Position numbers and translations under genes: made by a program
Shown here: piece after piece, positions 1 through 12,478 of the stretch
How the letters are laid out: each line of letters starts with the position of its first letter
How positions within the stretch are numbered: position 1 is the stretch's first letter
Notes under the pieces: model-generated
What the model was told of the DNA's origin: nothing
The model's database searches: none
The model's input: the letters and a program-made list of their open reading frames with translations, nothing else
Assembly (NCBI GenBank): GCA_903813345.2
Contig: CAIIXF020000001.1
Span: forward strand, 29,202,001 to 29,266,000
Direction of reading: 5' to 3'
Length of the DNA: 64,000 nt
DNA from: Owenia fusiformis
Lineage: Eukaryota

Positions 1-246
1 TAATGACTGTTTATCAACCTGAGCTACAATATCCAACATTTATCAGTGTGGAGGCCATTTAAATAAATCTACTCTAATTTTGAAAAAATTTAAAATTTGG
101 AAAATGAGGACTTGATAAAGGGGATTGCTTTCAATACTTCACTTGAATGATATTTTTAGTAGATCATCTTATTAGTAATAGACTATAACCACTATTGGCA
201 ATCATAACTAGGATATGTTCTATATTGAATGTACAATGAATTGCAG

Positions 247-378
247 GTGCCTATGATGTCCATTCCTTCAATAGTTTCTCCAGATCCTAGAGTTCAATCT
301 ACACCATACACAACACTGACACCTGGCTCAGAGAATGGTTATGTGTCCGTGTCTGAATGGTCTGAGGGTGGTTCAGAA
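247..378 (+). CDS. Penultimate coding exon of a receptor-like protein (VPMMSIPS...ENGYVSV...GGSE); gene begins upstream of the window
   Basis: Acceptor ttgcag ends at 246 and donor GTAAGA starts at 379. The exon is 132 nt, phase 0-0, open in the frame of ORF 229..441, joins in frame to the exon at 746, and contains the same NGYV motif type as that exon. Confidence 0.75.
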
Positions 379-501
379 GTAAGAACATTTATTTTACATC
401 TTCACTGCTTAATTTATTTTAATAAATGTATCTACCGCTAAGCAATCCCGGGATATACACTGAATGATACAAACGCTGTAAACAATATATTATAAATCAT
501 T

Positions 502-640
502 TATTTAATGCTCGGTGTTGGATACAGGATATAACCCTTGGGAAATACAAAATATCTACTCTCAGTCCCAATGGTCTATTGGGTAGATATAGTGTATTTC
601 CTTCAGGATATACCCTGTATTAAAAATCACCCATTAAATA
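502..640. mobile_element. Imperfect palindromic non-autonomous element in the last intron
   Basis: Arms atttaatg..gatacaggatata..gaaatac..atatctac and gtagatat..gtatttc..ggatataccctgtat..cattaaat are inverted copies of each other. Confidence 0.55.
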
Positions 641-745
641 TCCTTCATATATTTTATATCTCGTTAATATTACCTTATTTTATAAGTTATTTTTTTATTA
701 TATTCCAGTCAATATTATTACACTGAATTATAATTTATCTTTCAG

Positions 746-2935
746 TCAAGATTACACTCACAGGTTAGCGTGGTTACTCAGAGTACAGATATCTCCAGTG
801 ACATGGAGGACAATGTTTTCCCTCAGACCCCAGAACCAACAAGCAACAATGCTCTGTTTATGATATGTGAGGAACCACAGCCTAGATTCCCTATACCAGT
901 CCTTGATGGTGCTGAAGCTAATGGATCCCCTATTCAGATTCCTGTTGGTGCTACTTTGGGTGTTGAGGAAGGCTACTTAGAACCACAACGTACAAACCAC
1001 CATGAATATACTAATGATGATGCATCGAGAAGAATATTGGACCAACAGTTGCCACATATAGTAGGAGCCCCAGCGAGCAGAGTAGATACATTCTCCACAT
1101 CTCCCAATCATTCCACCACTAACTCTCCTATATCTCCTCTCAGTTCAGGAATGGGATCCCCTTCTCCATCGTCAGCGGGATATGCTGTATACGGAGGACC
1201 AAGCAGCGGGGAGGCTGCGCAGCACAGTCCAACATCACAAAGCGCAGGGGTTGACAACCCATTATACATTTCGGATTTCGGAAAGAATCATGAGGAGGAT
1301 AGACCACAACATATAGTTCCTAATGAAAGAGACAACATTGATCATCCAATAGCCATTACACAAAACCCTGGCTATATTGATCATCCTCCAACAACCATTA
1401 CACAAAACCCTGGCTATATTGATCATCCTCCAACAGCCATTACACAAAACCCTGGCTATATTGATCATCCTCCAAAAATTACGCAAAATTCTGACTATAC
1501 TGATCATCCTCCAACAATTACACAAAACCCTGACTTTATTGATCATCCTCCAACAATTACGCAAAACTCTGACTATATTGATCATTCTGCAGCTTTGCTT
1601 CAAAATCCAGGTTATGTTGACCATCTTGCAGCATTGGGTAATACCCCAAACCTTGTAAATCAACCTAAAGACTGTTGTGAGAATGCAGGCTATACTGATA
1701 ATGATGGGCTTTTAAACAATGGAAACAATGTCTCACATTTTACCATCACTCAAAATCCAGAATATTTTGATGCTTCAATTACTGAAGTTAAAGATAATGG
1801 TCACACTGAGGCTAGTATGCAGAACTCTGACTATATTGATCATAATACACCTGCTACCATGGATACAGGCTATGTTGATCATAATGTAGCTGCTACCATG
1901 GATACTGGTAATGTTGACCATAATGTGAAGATTTCCATGGAACCAGGCTATGTTGATCATAATGCAAAAGTCGTCACCCCTGATCAAAGTATTGTTGCCT
2001 CTCCAACCAAGAATAGGGTACATTTTGAGGATAACCCCTCTTACATCAGAGACACTGTTCATAGTCCTGATGGCACAAACTACATCAACCATGACAGTCC
2101 AATAGTAACTGGTCAATCGCAGAAAAAAGATGACAGAATTCCATATTCTTCAGGAGACCAGGACAGGACAGGAGATCAGTCAAATGGCTATGTTAGCCAT
2201 GATTCTCCGCATATCACAGGTCTAGATGTTGAATCAGATGATGTCTCTAATCATAAAGTATATGATAATACAGGTTATGTGGATCACAATGCTCCAATAG
2301 TACTACAAGGAAACCAAGACTGGGTGGAAAACAATAAAGGATTGGAGAAAGAAGGTGATCAGAGTCAAGATGAACAACTGAGTGATCAGTCAACTGATAC
2401 AGGATATGTAGGGTCCCCCCAAGATATCGTAGATATTCCTCCTTTCCAAAGACACTGGGAACAAAATATTGAGAATGATAACAAGCCTGTTGATAAACCA
2501 AATGATTCAAATGGGTACATCTCATTGGATGCAATGCAGCAATATTTTGCACCTAAACCTGTCATTATTGTTGAGCAAAATACCCAAAGTACAGAAAACA
2601 GTATTGATGAATTACCTCCTGTCAAAACAAAAGAAATCAAAAAACCATCTGAAAAACCATTGAAATCAGAACCAAATGGAAAGTTAAGTTCAGATTCCAA
2701 TGGTTATATACCACATGAGCTTCTTCGTCATTTTGACCCTAAACCTGTTGTAATTGTTGATGCACATGGCCGGGAGATATCTGACAATAAGGTTGATATA
2801 CATCAACCCAAAAGTAAAGAGTCCCCTGTAAAGCAGTCTAATGATGGATATGTTGAAAATACACACGTACCTCAGCACTTTTATAAATCCATGAAAAAAA
2901 TTGAAATGGGAAATATTCCAAGCACCGAATTGTAG
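746..2935 (+). CDS. Large terminal exon encoding a disordered, Tyr-motif-rich C-terminal region (about 729 aa); probably the cytoplasmic tail of a receptor (RTK or cytokine-receptor-like)
   Basis: Acceptor tttcag ends at 745 and is in frame with ORF 770..2935. An alternative in-frame acceptor cacag ends at 763. Stop TAG at 2933-2935. S/P/D/N-rich with many NPxY and GY[VI] motifs. No kinase or TM domain lies in the window, so the family is not assigned. Confidence 0.8.
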   Translation, partial: SRLHSQVSVVTQSTDISSDMEDNVFPQTPEPTSNNALFMICEEPQPRFPIPVLDGAEANGSPIQIPVGATLGVEEGYLEPQRTNHHEYTNDDASRRILDQQLPHIVGAPASRVDTFSTSPNHSTTNSPISPLSSGMGSPSPSSAGYAVYGGPSSGEAAQHSPTSQSAGVDNPLYISDFGKNHEEDRPQHIVPNERDNIDHPIAITQNPGYIDHPPTTITQNPGYIDHPPTAITQNPGYIDHPPKITQNSDYTDHPPTITQNPDFIDHPPTITQNSDYIDHSAALLQNPGYVDHLAALGNTPNLVNQPKDCCENAGYTDNDGLLNNGNNVSHFTITQNPEYFDASITEVKDNGHTEASMQNSDYIDHNTPATMDTGYVDHNVAATMDTGNVDHNVKISMEPGYVDHNAKVVTPDQSIVASPTKNRVHFEDNPSYIRDTVHSPDGTNYINHDSPIVTGQSQKKDDRIPYSSGDQDRTGDQSNGYVSHDSPHITGLDVESDDVSNHKVYDNTGYVDHNAPIVLQGNQDWVENNKGLEKEGDQSQDEQLSDQSTDTGYVGSPQDIVDIPPFQRHWEQNIENDNKPVDKPNDSNGYISLDAMQQYFAPKPVIIVEQNTQSTENSIDELPPVKTKEIKKPSEKPLKSEPNGKLSSDSNGYIPHELLRHFDPKPVVIVDAHGREISDNKVDIHQPKSKESPVKQSNDGYVENTHVPQHFYKSMKKIEMGNIPSTEL
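1333..1965 (+). repeat. Coding tandem repeats of 39/42 nt (ITQNPGYIDHPP-type, then MDTGYVDHN-type units)
   Basis: (a/c)ttgatcat recurs at about 1337, 1376, 1418, 1460, 1499, 1538 and 1577. A second 39-nt series occurs at about 1834, 1873, 1912 and 1951. Confidence 0.9.
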
Positions 2936-3426
2936 ATCTCTCTTTTGCTTTTATCCGACATAACACACTTGAATTTAGGTAGAATCTGGAAGAACAGGGG
3001 AAGTCCAATGAGTGGGTTGCATCTTAAAATTTAAATTGCTAAGTGATGTCAAATTATATCAAAATTATCACATTCCCATAGATTTGGTGTCTAATTTTAT
3101 TATGTCATTAAAAGTTATTTACAGTATAAGCTAAATAAACCAGGTAAATGACAAGGGGGTTGGTATCTGGCTGAGAGGTTTTTATAATAGAATAGTTGAT
3201 GTGATTACTAAATGTTGCATCACATAGTCTCACCAAAGGCAACCATCCTACCAATAGGTAAATGTCTTTTGTTTTGCACATAAGATACTCATTTCAAAAA
3301 TGTGTATCATAAATACCCTACGTATACCTTTTGTATGTGTAATTTCATGAATTAAATTCATTTGTCAATTAAATTGATAATAATTGACAAAACAAATCTT
3401 AAGATATCTGATAATGGTAAGATGAC

Positions 3427-4016
3427 GTTTAAGGCTAAGACTTTTAATGTTGCCTTGATCATAGTATATTTTCATACTATAATTATACTTCTCTGAAATT
3501 AACATTAAAGTCAACGTATGTTTTAAGGGACTTTAAGATATCGTACAATATTGCCTTGATCTTAGTAAATTTGTATACCATAATTGTATAACATGTATCA
3601 TGAAATCAGAGTCAATGTATATTTTGTGGGACTTTGTAAATACAGGTATCTTACAATATTGCCTTGATTGTAGTAAATTTGCATACCATAATTGTATTGT
3701 TATGAAATCAGAGTCAATTTATTTTTATGGGACTTTGTAGATATCCTACAATATTGCCTAAATCAGAGTAAATTTGCATACCATAATTGTATTATTATGC
3801 AACCAGAGTCAATGTATATTTTATGGGACTTCTAGTAGATGTCTTACAATGTTGCCTTGATTGTAGTAAATTTTTATACTGATGTATAGTTGTATTTTTA
3901 TGAAATCAGAGTTAGTGTATATTTTATGGGCATTGTTAGATATGTATATTGTATATTGAATGTATAGCTAAAAGCTAGGATATTGCCTAGATCACAATGT
4001 TGTATATTGTTATGAA
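3427..4016 (+). repeat. Diverged tandem repeat of about 100 bp (5-6 copies) in the probable 3' UTR
   Basis: ttgcct(t/a)(g/a)at recurs at about 3450, 3551, 3659, 3754, 3852 and 3983, followed by tagtaaattt..cataattgta..gaaatcagagtcaatg..gggacttt. Confidence 0.8.
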
Positions 4017-4565
4017 AGGGACGAACCCAGTGATTTTTGTTAAAAACACAACAACAGTGTCATTTCTGTATTTAACATGTACTTTTATAGTACTGTGTGT
4101 TTTAATTATATTGACCTTGGTATTAAACAGTGGAAATAACAGTATAATGATACATTTGATAAAGTAACGCATTCATAGCTGGTCTAGTTGTACTGAAGTT
4201 TAAGGTACAATAATTCTTGGATTCAACATATTAGATTACGAGAAAGATGGCAGTTTTTAGTTTGGATAGATGAGATGATAGATGAAATCCTGTGGAAGTA
4301 GTGGTGCAGTCTTCAATGTACCTTGGTGGCTGGCAAATTGAAGTTGCATGTAGCCATTTTGAAAACTTCAATTGAATTTTCGTAAAGAGATTTTAAATAA
4401 TAATTTTCCTCCCTGCCTACCAAGACAAGATAAAATCCAACATAATATTGCATACTGAATCTTTATATCAAATTATTCAATTATATGTTAAAATATTTTT
4501 TATGCGATTATTGTTGGATTTTTAGATATATGATTTCCCTGTTGCAGTAATAAGCTAAGGACTAT

Positions 4566-7225
4566 CACTAGTAATCAGGGTTTGGTGTGAATGGGACATT
4601 TCTGGTGTTAATTGGTATGAAAAATAATTTTACTACCATCTAACACCAAGTCACACCATAAAACTGGTGTGACTTGGTATGAACGGATTAAGAGATTAAA
4701 CCCCTGCTGTTCAACACTGAGTCACACCGTACTGCTGGTGTGAGATGGTATGAAAATCAAATTTAATCCCTTTGATCTCTACAAACAAAAATTCAATCCA
4801 AGTCACACTGAAAGTTTGGTGTGAATCGGTAGTAAAACATAAAACTTCATTTTCTTAATCCTTGATTGCATTTTAACATGTATTTGATCTCTTGATTGCC
4901 TTATACTTATTGTTTTTGTTTTTATAGATTATTAGTACAGTGTTCCAATACAGCAATAAAGTAATTTCATAATTAAATCCACTATGATTTATTAAAATAA
5001 ATTAATTCTAAAATTAGTTTTATATTTATTCAATATGTTTGCATACTTTTGGGAGATATAGATAATCATCACAATTGAAATTGTATTCCTAAGTGGACAA
5101 ATCAACAAAAGCAATTACTTATGTGTACTTACTGAAATCATTTAGTCTTTTTATCGTAATAAATAATATGCTAGCCATGTACAACAATATACATATAACT
5201 AAAAGGATAAACACTTCATCTTATTTGTAATTTACAAAACAAACTCTATCTCCTTCAACAGCTACAGCTAAGGGTTTGCTCAAAAGAGACAAGTGATATA
5301 TTTTAGTATCACATTTAATATTATGAGAATGAAAGAAGGAATCAGTGTCTCTTCTGGCCGTGGAAATAAAGACACAATAGCCCAGGCATCCAATTTACTT
5401 TTGAATTTGTGAGTTACAATTTTCTCAATTAAACCAAATCTCATTTCAGTTTTAATTTTTATATATGCAGAAGAATTCATTTTAGTTGTTTATGTATCTG
5501 GTTTATATATGAAACATTCATTATTATCACTTGATATTTACCACTCCCCAACAAACTTACATACTGGGTCAATGTCACATAAATTTGGTTTCTCATTAGG
5601 GTAGAGGTTTTCATAAAAATGTGCAATTGTTCTCAAGCTCCTATAGTCCTCTTTTAACAAAGAGAATGCCCCACATTTATCTGTAGATGGTGACATTGAC
5701 ATATACGCTGTCATAGTCTTGGGGGTTTCTGATGGAACTTTCTTGGTGACTTTAGCTGCCTGACCACTTAATGCCATATGGGACACCCAATCGTAAACTG
5801 CATATGTTTCCATGATGGTTGCTTCTTAATGCTCTTTGTTCAGGGCCTGGCGTGCCACCCCACACTGAACAACAAATGGATAAGTCCATTGACCATACAT
5901 GGGGGCAAAATGTCCATTACCATATGATGGAATATATGGGTAGTATTTATGAGTAGTCAAATTGTCATCTGCCCACACTTCAGTGACACCCTGAGCAGGT
6001 CATTCCATTATGTCTACAGTACTGTATGGGCACATTTTGACTATCTATGGGCAATTAGGAATTATCTATGAGCATAGTAATCCCATTATTGACTCTAAAC
6101 CTGACATTTATGAGTAGTCAAATTGTCATCTGCCCATACTTCAGTGACTACCTGAGCAGGTCATTCCATTATGTCTACAGTACTGTATGGGCACATTTGG
6201 ACTATCTATGGGCAATTAGGAATCATCTATGGGCATACTAATCCTATTATTGACTCTAAACCTGACATTTATGAGTAGACAAATTGTCATCTGCCCACAC
6301 TACAATGACACTCTGAGCAGGTCATTCCATTATGTTTACAGTATGGGCACATTTGCTCATCCTTGTCAATTTGCATTTAAATGTATTAATAACATGGCAG
6401 TGATGGGTAAGTTCATTACATATTACCTTACTTTTTTTTACTATGCTTGTTTATCTGTATGTGCAAAATGAGGCTCATTAGATGTTAAGTCATATCTATT
6501 CAAACAATGTAGCAATACCAAAAAAAAACATGACATCAATGTTTGATATTTTTGTTTATTATACTCAGTTGCTCAATTGCTTCACTAATCCTGTTTGTGA
6601 CACTCATCCATTAATGCTATTTTAATAACTTGACAAATCAAGTTTTTTTTAATCTTCAAGGTTTAAAACAATTAATAATAATTTGAATGTTTGACGATTA
6701 AGTTTTTTCTCTAGTTATTTGGAAAAAATGAATTAGACTCAAACTAAACCTATAAGAATACTATTAAAGTTTTAAACATATACTAAAATCAAGTAATTAA
6801 TGATAAATAAACATGTTCTTAAATAAAAATTCAAGTTTAGTTTCCATTCTAGACATGTTGACAAATCCCTTAGAAAAAATACAATAATAAGCAGATCAAA
6901 AGATTAAAGGAATTATAAATTGCAATCAAGAACTATGAAAATCAAGTTTCAAATTTTACTACCAAGTAACACCAAGTTTTCAGTGTGACTTGGTGTGGAT
7001 TTTGATTTGTAGAGATCAAAGGGATTAAAATTTATTCTAACACCATCTCACACCAGCCAAACAGCATGACTCAGTGTTGAACAGCAGGGGTTTAATCTCT
7101 TAATCCTTTCATACCAAGTCACACCAGTTTTATGGTGTGACTTGGTGTTAGATGGTAGTAAAATTATTTTTCATACCAATTAACACCAGAAATGTCCCAT
7201 TCACACCAAACCCTGATTACTAGTG
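4566..7225. mobile_element. CACTA (EnSpm/CMC) DNA transposon, non-autonomous/deleted copy
   Basis: Starts CACTAGTAATCAGGG (4566) and ends CCCTGATTACTAGTG (7225). 3-bp TSD TAT at 4563-4565 and 7226-7228. Inverted ends of about 270 bp are full of ACACCA/ATACCA subterminal motifs in both orientations. Confidence 0.88.
5945..6353 (+). repeat. 161-bp tandem repeat (about 2.5 copies) inside the CACTA element
   Basis: atttatgagtag(t/a)caaattgtcatctgccca at 5945, 6106 and 6267. Confidence 0.9.
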
Positions 7226-10200
7226 TATTGAATAAAAACAGTTCCAGCCAAGCCACACTGCAATCTCAATCAACCCAATGTCTATGATATTCTTAATACT
7301 AAATTTCAATTTTTCAATTTCAATTTATTCCTTAATAATATAATAATACATGGTACGTATAAAAGAATTAACAGGTGACATCATTTCCGATGTTTATACC
7401 CGTACATGTAGGAGCATGATATTACAAATATTAAGAGCAAGGTAAGGTCAAGGAATCAACCATGTCAAGACTGTGTTTTGTCTAAGGGAAAATCAAAGAG
7501 GGAGGGGGAGGTGCATTATAGATAAAAAAAGCTAACAAGTTTAGTGTCCAGTACCCATGCTTGGAGTTATATCTGTATATATTTCTATAAAGGAGATAGA
7601 ACATGAATAAGGAAGCTGCAGTACGTAAATATAAAAAGCTTTATATACAGTGAACCCCCGGGATACAAAGCCAGAATATGTTTCTTATATTAACATATTA
7701 AGTCTTAAGACATTTACTTGACCTTGATTTTTTGATTTCTGATGGGAGGCTATTCCAAATAGATGGTCCAGAAAATGAAAGCATCTTTCTGTCGTTTTTT
7801 TAGGCAAGGCATAATTATATTTACCTCTTGTATCATATTTATGTACATGTAGTTCAATATGTCTTGTGAATAAGTTTGGAAATATATCATGAAGGTTATT
7901 TTCATTATTTTGCCACTTAAAGAAAAATTCTGCCACATTGACTTTAGATATATCAGAAATGGTGAGAATTCCTAATTCTTTAAATAATGGTGGACTATGA
8001 TCTCTAAATCCACTCTGAGTAACTAATCTTGTCTTTCTTTTATATTAAAAGAAGTGAATTAATTGAAGTGATATTGGTATTTCCCCAAATGATATTGCTG
8101 TAAGTTAAAAAAGAATGGATTAGAGAATGATATATAGTCATACAGGTTTTCCTATCTAGTAAATGATGAACAGAATGCCAACTATCCTTGATATTTTCAT
8201 TTTGACTTTACTAATATGTTCATTCCATGGCAATGTTGGAAAAGGGAAATGGGATTGAGATTGCATTATTTCATTACGTCGCATAAGAAGACACTTATTG
8301 TAGAGCATTTAGTTTGATTATTGCAATTTTTGTAATGTATTTTATTCAACAAATATTAACATGTTATCAAATATAACAGGAAGTTATATAAATGATTTTG
8401 TTATGACCCGCTATAACTATAGCTTCAGCATGCACATTAAAATGCCCAAAACTTAGTATTAGTATACAAAACCATATTGCCTTTAATATGAATTACCAAT
8501 TTGGGCGAAACATTTTTATGTACAGTATATATTTTGTAAAATTAGTGTATTAACTGTTTTATAGAAGAACATGAATGTTCTTAATGCATGGATGATCCAT
8601 TTTGGATGTATTTTTTATATACAAGCACAGGAAATTGTACCTTTTTAGTATTTTGTATTTTCGAATTTTATGCATTTTTGCCAAAATTTTGAATCCAAGA
8701 TGCTGTTTATTGTCTAAGACTGTAGAAATTGAAAATCTATCGCAATAACACAACTTACTCAACTTGTTTTAATCTACATGTATATAACAATGACCTTGGT
8801 GTTAGCCAAATTGACTCACTGCATAAAATGAGAAATCATTATGGGCAACATTTGATGAAGACACTACAGTATATTCACAAAATAACTTCTAATTCACAAA
8901 ATAGATATTCTTTACATGGCCAGTTTAGTTCATGCATTTGCTTTTTAGTGCTTCTTTAATTGCCTTTTTGCTTCCTAGAAAGTTTGATAATACCTCTTAA
9001 TGTAGACTTTGTAACATTCCGAATAGTCTTGCACCCCCTTGGATTGGCCAGGAAAAACATTTTGCGCTCGAAAATGTTGTAGGGGCTCAATTAGTTTGCC
9101 TTTTTGGGCATTACATGGCCTTTTTGGATCTATTTAGGCCAAATTATCAAAATTGGGCCTCAAATTTTCAAAATTTGGGCCCAATTTTTGGATTTAGGTG
9201 TTTCAGAGGCAAAATCTCCCTTCTTCCACACACATTGCTTACATGATTTTGAAGACATCAGGGAATGAATAAGAGGAGATAAGAAATGATATTACGAAGT
9301 GGGTAACAGAATATTGTAGGGTTACTTGATGATATTAAGGGGAGAGTATTTTAAGATTGAAAATTATTATTGTAAAGCTATTTTCAATATACATGTGGTA
9401 CTATCAATATATTATATCAAGGAGATTCATATGTATACATTTTTAAAAAACTGTAATTGCTCTTGTAAAATGTAAAATTTTATGAAAATATAACCAAATC
9501 TAAAGCAAGTTTTGATTTTATTGTTGAATATGTCATGCTTTTTTATTGTACCTAAATAAGGTGAGATATCATTGTCAGCTTTATATTTTTAATTGACTGA
9601 TCAAGACTGATCAATCTTTTTCTTTAGAAGTTTCATTTTTTTAAATATTCTTCCTCACCAAAAGTATAGAAACTTTTGTTTGAGTAGATGAAAAATATTA
9701 TACATGTATTGTATCTGTATATTGGCATTTGCTGTTTGGTGACTTGATATTTTCTAGTTGATTATTTACCCTGCCATTAAAATTGAATGTGAAATGTAAA
9801 TGTAATGTAAACATATTGTGAACTATGGTAAAATCTGAACTGTCATTACATAAGAAGTTATTCCACATCAAATAAATATCTAGCCAGGTGTGTTTCAGAG
9901 ATAACCCAAATGCACTGACTGATAGATTCCAAAAAGAGTTTACTTCACCGAATATTATTCTTTGGGATAATAATTCATGGCCTGTGCTACATGTAGATTT
10001 GACCAAACAAAACATGTCATGATTTTAACACATAGTTTATGGATAGATATAAATCTCCTATTCATTTTTGAACAATACCCCAGTGGCCTGGAGCTTTTTT
10101 ATTTGTTTGATCACCTGTCATTATTATTTCCATCATGAATAACTAATTAATTATTATTGCATCCAATAGTGCTACATTGTGATCAGTTTGCTAGGTGGGT

Positions 10201-10861
10201 GTAACAATGTCTTGTTTATGCATTTTCAAGGATGTTCCTTGATTTGAACAGGGTATTAGTTTTTGGACATCCTGGGTAATTTTAAGGTGGCCATTTTAGA
10301 TATTCAGTACTGAAAACTGGTTGTTTAATGTCTTGTTTATGCATTTACAGCCAAACTGTTTGATGGACTGATTTCACATTTTTAAAGAATTTATATAAAA
10401 ATTGAGAAATGCTTTGGACAGGCTGATTTTTAAATGTAATTGTCTACACACTTCCAGGCTAACCATTTCATGGATTCATATGGAAATTTTGGAACGGTTC
10501 TTCCTAATCCTATAAAAATCTAGAACTTATGTAGTTTTAATGCCATTTCGAATTTTCCGTCGCAAAATCTCTGCAAAGTCAACTTGACACCTTTCCAGAC
10601 AAACCACTTGACAGAATGATTTGAAATTTTAAGGCATGTTTCTGTATGAAAATCTGGAACTGATTAGTCTTAATGACTTTGTTATGACCTGTTATCTATA
10701 GCTTCAGAAAGTACATTAAAATCCCCATAATTGGTGGTTAAAAACTTTTTGCCTTTTAAGCCTTTTCTACATGTTTGAAAACAATCTGTGCATATTAAAT
10801 TTCACAAATAATCACTTTATTCCTTATATAATACATGTAGTAGCAAATTACAAAATAATAA

Positions 10862-11011
10862 CTTGCCCATAGCCAGGATTTACCAAGGGGGAGCTTTTAC
10901 CTGGGGGGGCTTTTTACACTTTTGGCTGAAAAAAGTGATCAGAATGGTGAGAAACTGCATGGTTTTGAAAGAATTTCTGTCCAGCCCCCCCCCCCCCTGG
11001 CTATGGACCTG
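10862..11011. mobile_element. Small MITE with short imperfect TIRs
   Basis: gcccatagccagg at the left end and cctggctatggac at the right end, with internal G/C runs. No clear TSD. Confidence 0.5.
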
Positions 11012-12309
11012 AATAATATTGCGAAACTTTGGCATATTAAACCTTCTTAATATTCTATCCAAGGGTACCAGATTGTTCACCCTGTGTTCTGTTCAATATG
11101 TGGCTGCAATATCTTATTTAAATCCATATTGTTCTTTATTTCGCAATCCTGTGTTGTCTTGAGCTCCTTGATGTAGTTTTTGTATCAGTTCAACTAGCAA
11201 AATCTGCAGCACATTATTTGTGGCAGTCTTCTTAGCAAAAAACACAGTGCATTGTGGAAAATGAATCAATGCTAGAATAACAATGTAAGTGATATTGTGA
11301 TGGTCTTCACAGTCAATTGCTAACTTCCAAGGTGTGCTGTAGCAGGTTCAATGTCAAAAATGTTGCTGTTGCGGTTGCTATCCTAAATTTTCCAAAATGT
11401 AATTCTTATTTGCAGATTTGCACAATTATTTCTGCATCTTATGCCTGGGTCCCATTTCCTCTGATCCATTGGCCAGCGCCTGGTTTATTGAATGTTTTGT
11501 TCAATATTGTATTCAATTTTGAACAAAATACTCGATCGGCCAGGCGCCGTAGCGAAAATTGGAGCAAATGTGACCAGGGCATTAAACAACTGCAGCATTT
11601 GATACAATACTACATGTGTATGTGAATCATTTTACTCAATAACAGATGTATTTTCAACCAAGTAGAAGATAATTTACTAATTCTCAGGTTACAGTGCCCA
11701 GCTGATGTGTTTTCATGCTCAATAGTAGCGGACCCGGGCTGCATTCTAGAACAATAGACTTAAGAATTCATAAATTTAATACTAACAAAAATGAACCCCT
11801 GGTTCAAATATTATAAAGGCCTCTTATCTCTTATTGGCTTTTACTTCTTTGAAGAAACTGCGACAAATCAACATTGCACAAAATAATTGTATAATATTCA
11901 TTACAGCATGCTACTGTAAGTTAATTTGACATTAAGCTAATTTGACATTATTCAACTGCAAATTTACTGAATTTTTACATTTGACTTGTCATGATTTCTT
12001 CAGTTTGTTTTGGAGGAAACAGTTTCCATGTATGTACCATATACACTGTCTGAAATTCCTAGGGATTCATCTTCAATTCCGGGCTCAAATCTAAGTGCCA
12101 AGTAATTTAGAAAATCTTTCAAATCACCAAAATAAACCAGGTGCTAAATCAACCCAATATACAGTACAAATCATAGGTCATAACAATTAAGTACAAATAA
12201 AGTAAAAGGTTATTGGCACAATAATTAATTGAACACTATATATTATATACACAATTAATAACCATTGTTTCAAAAATAAATATGGCTGTACAGTACACAT
12301 GACTTGCTA

Positions 12310-12478
12310 TTATTTACTAGATTTACTGCCTATAAATTTTGTGTGTCGACCCTGAGCTACAAAAGTCCCATCTGCTTTATGTGTAATATCAACAGATAGA
12401 AATGCTAGGGTGCTTCCACATCTTAGTGTCTTTGCATCAATCACAATCTCTGAACCCACCTTAGCACCTTTCATATAT
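12310..12478 (-). CDS. ACOT13: Acyl-CoA thioesterase 13 (THEM2), exon 3
   Basis: Acceptor CCTTTTCAG. Reads (T)YMKGAKVGSEIVIDAKTLRCGSTLAFLSVDITHKADGTFVAQGRHTKFIGSKSSK with stop at 12310-12312. The GRHTK C-terminus is typical of THEM2. Confidence 0.92.

Noticed and set aside
1262..2878. Antisense and alternative-frame ORFs overlapping the large exon (1262-1663, 1377-1658, 1775-2116, 2247-2552, 2386-2700, 2469-2663, 2690-2878)
   Set aside because: Shadows of the real coding frame and its in-frame tandem repeats; no independent splice or homology support.
8400..10745. Short shared segment gttatgacc..ctatagcttcag..acattaaaat at about 8400 and 10681
   Set aside because: Only about 45 bp with no definable ends; probably old repeat debris.
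11445..11580. Weak inverted repeat (gcgcctgg / ccaggcgc) as a structured ncRNA
   Set aside because: Pairing is too short and degenerate, with no tRNA or snRNA hallmarks; more likely a decayed MITE.
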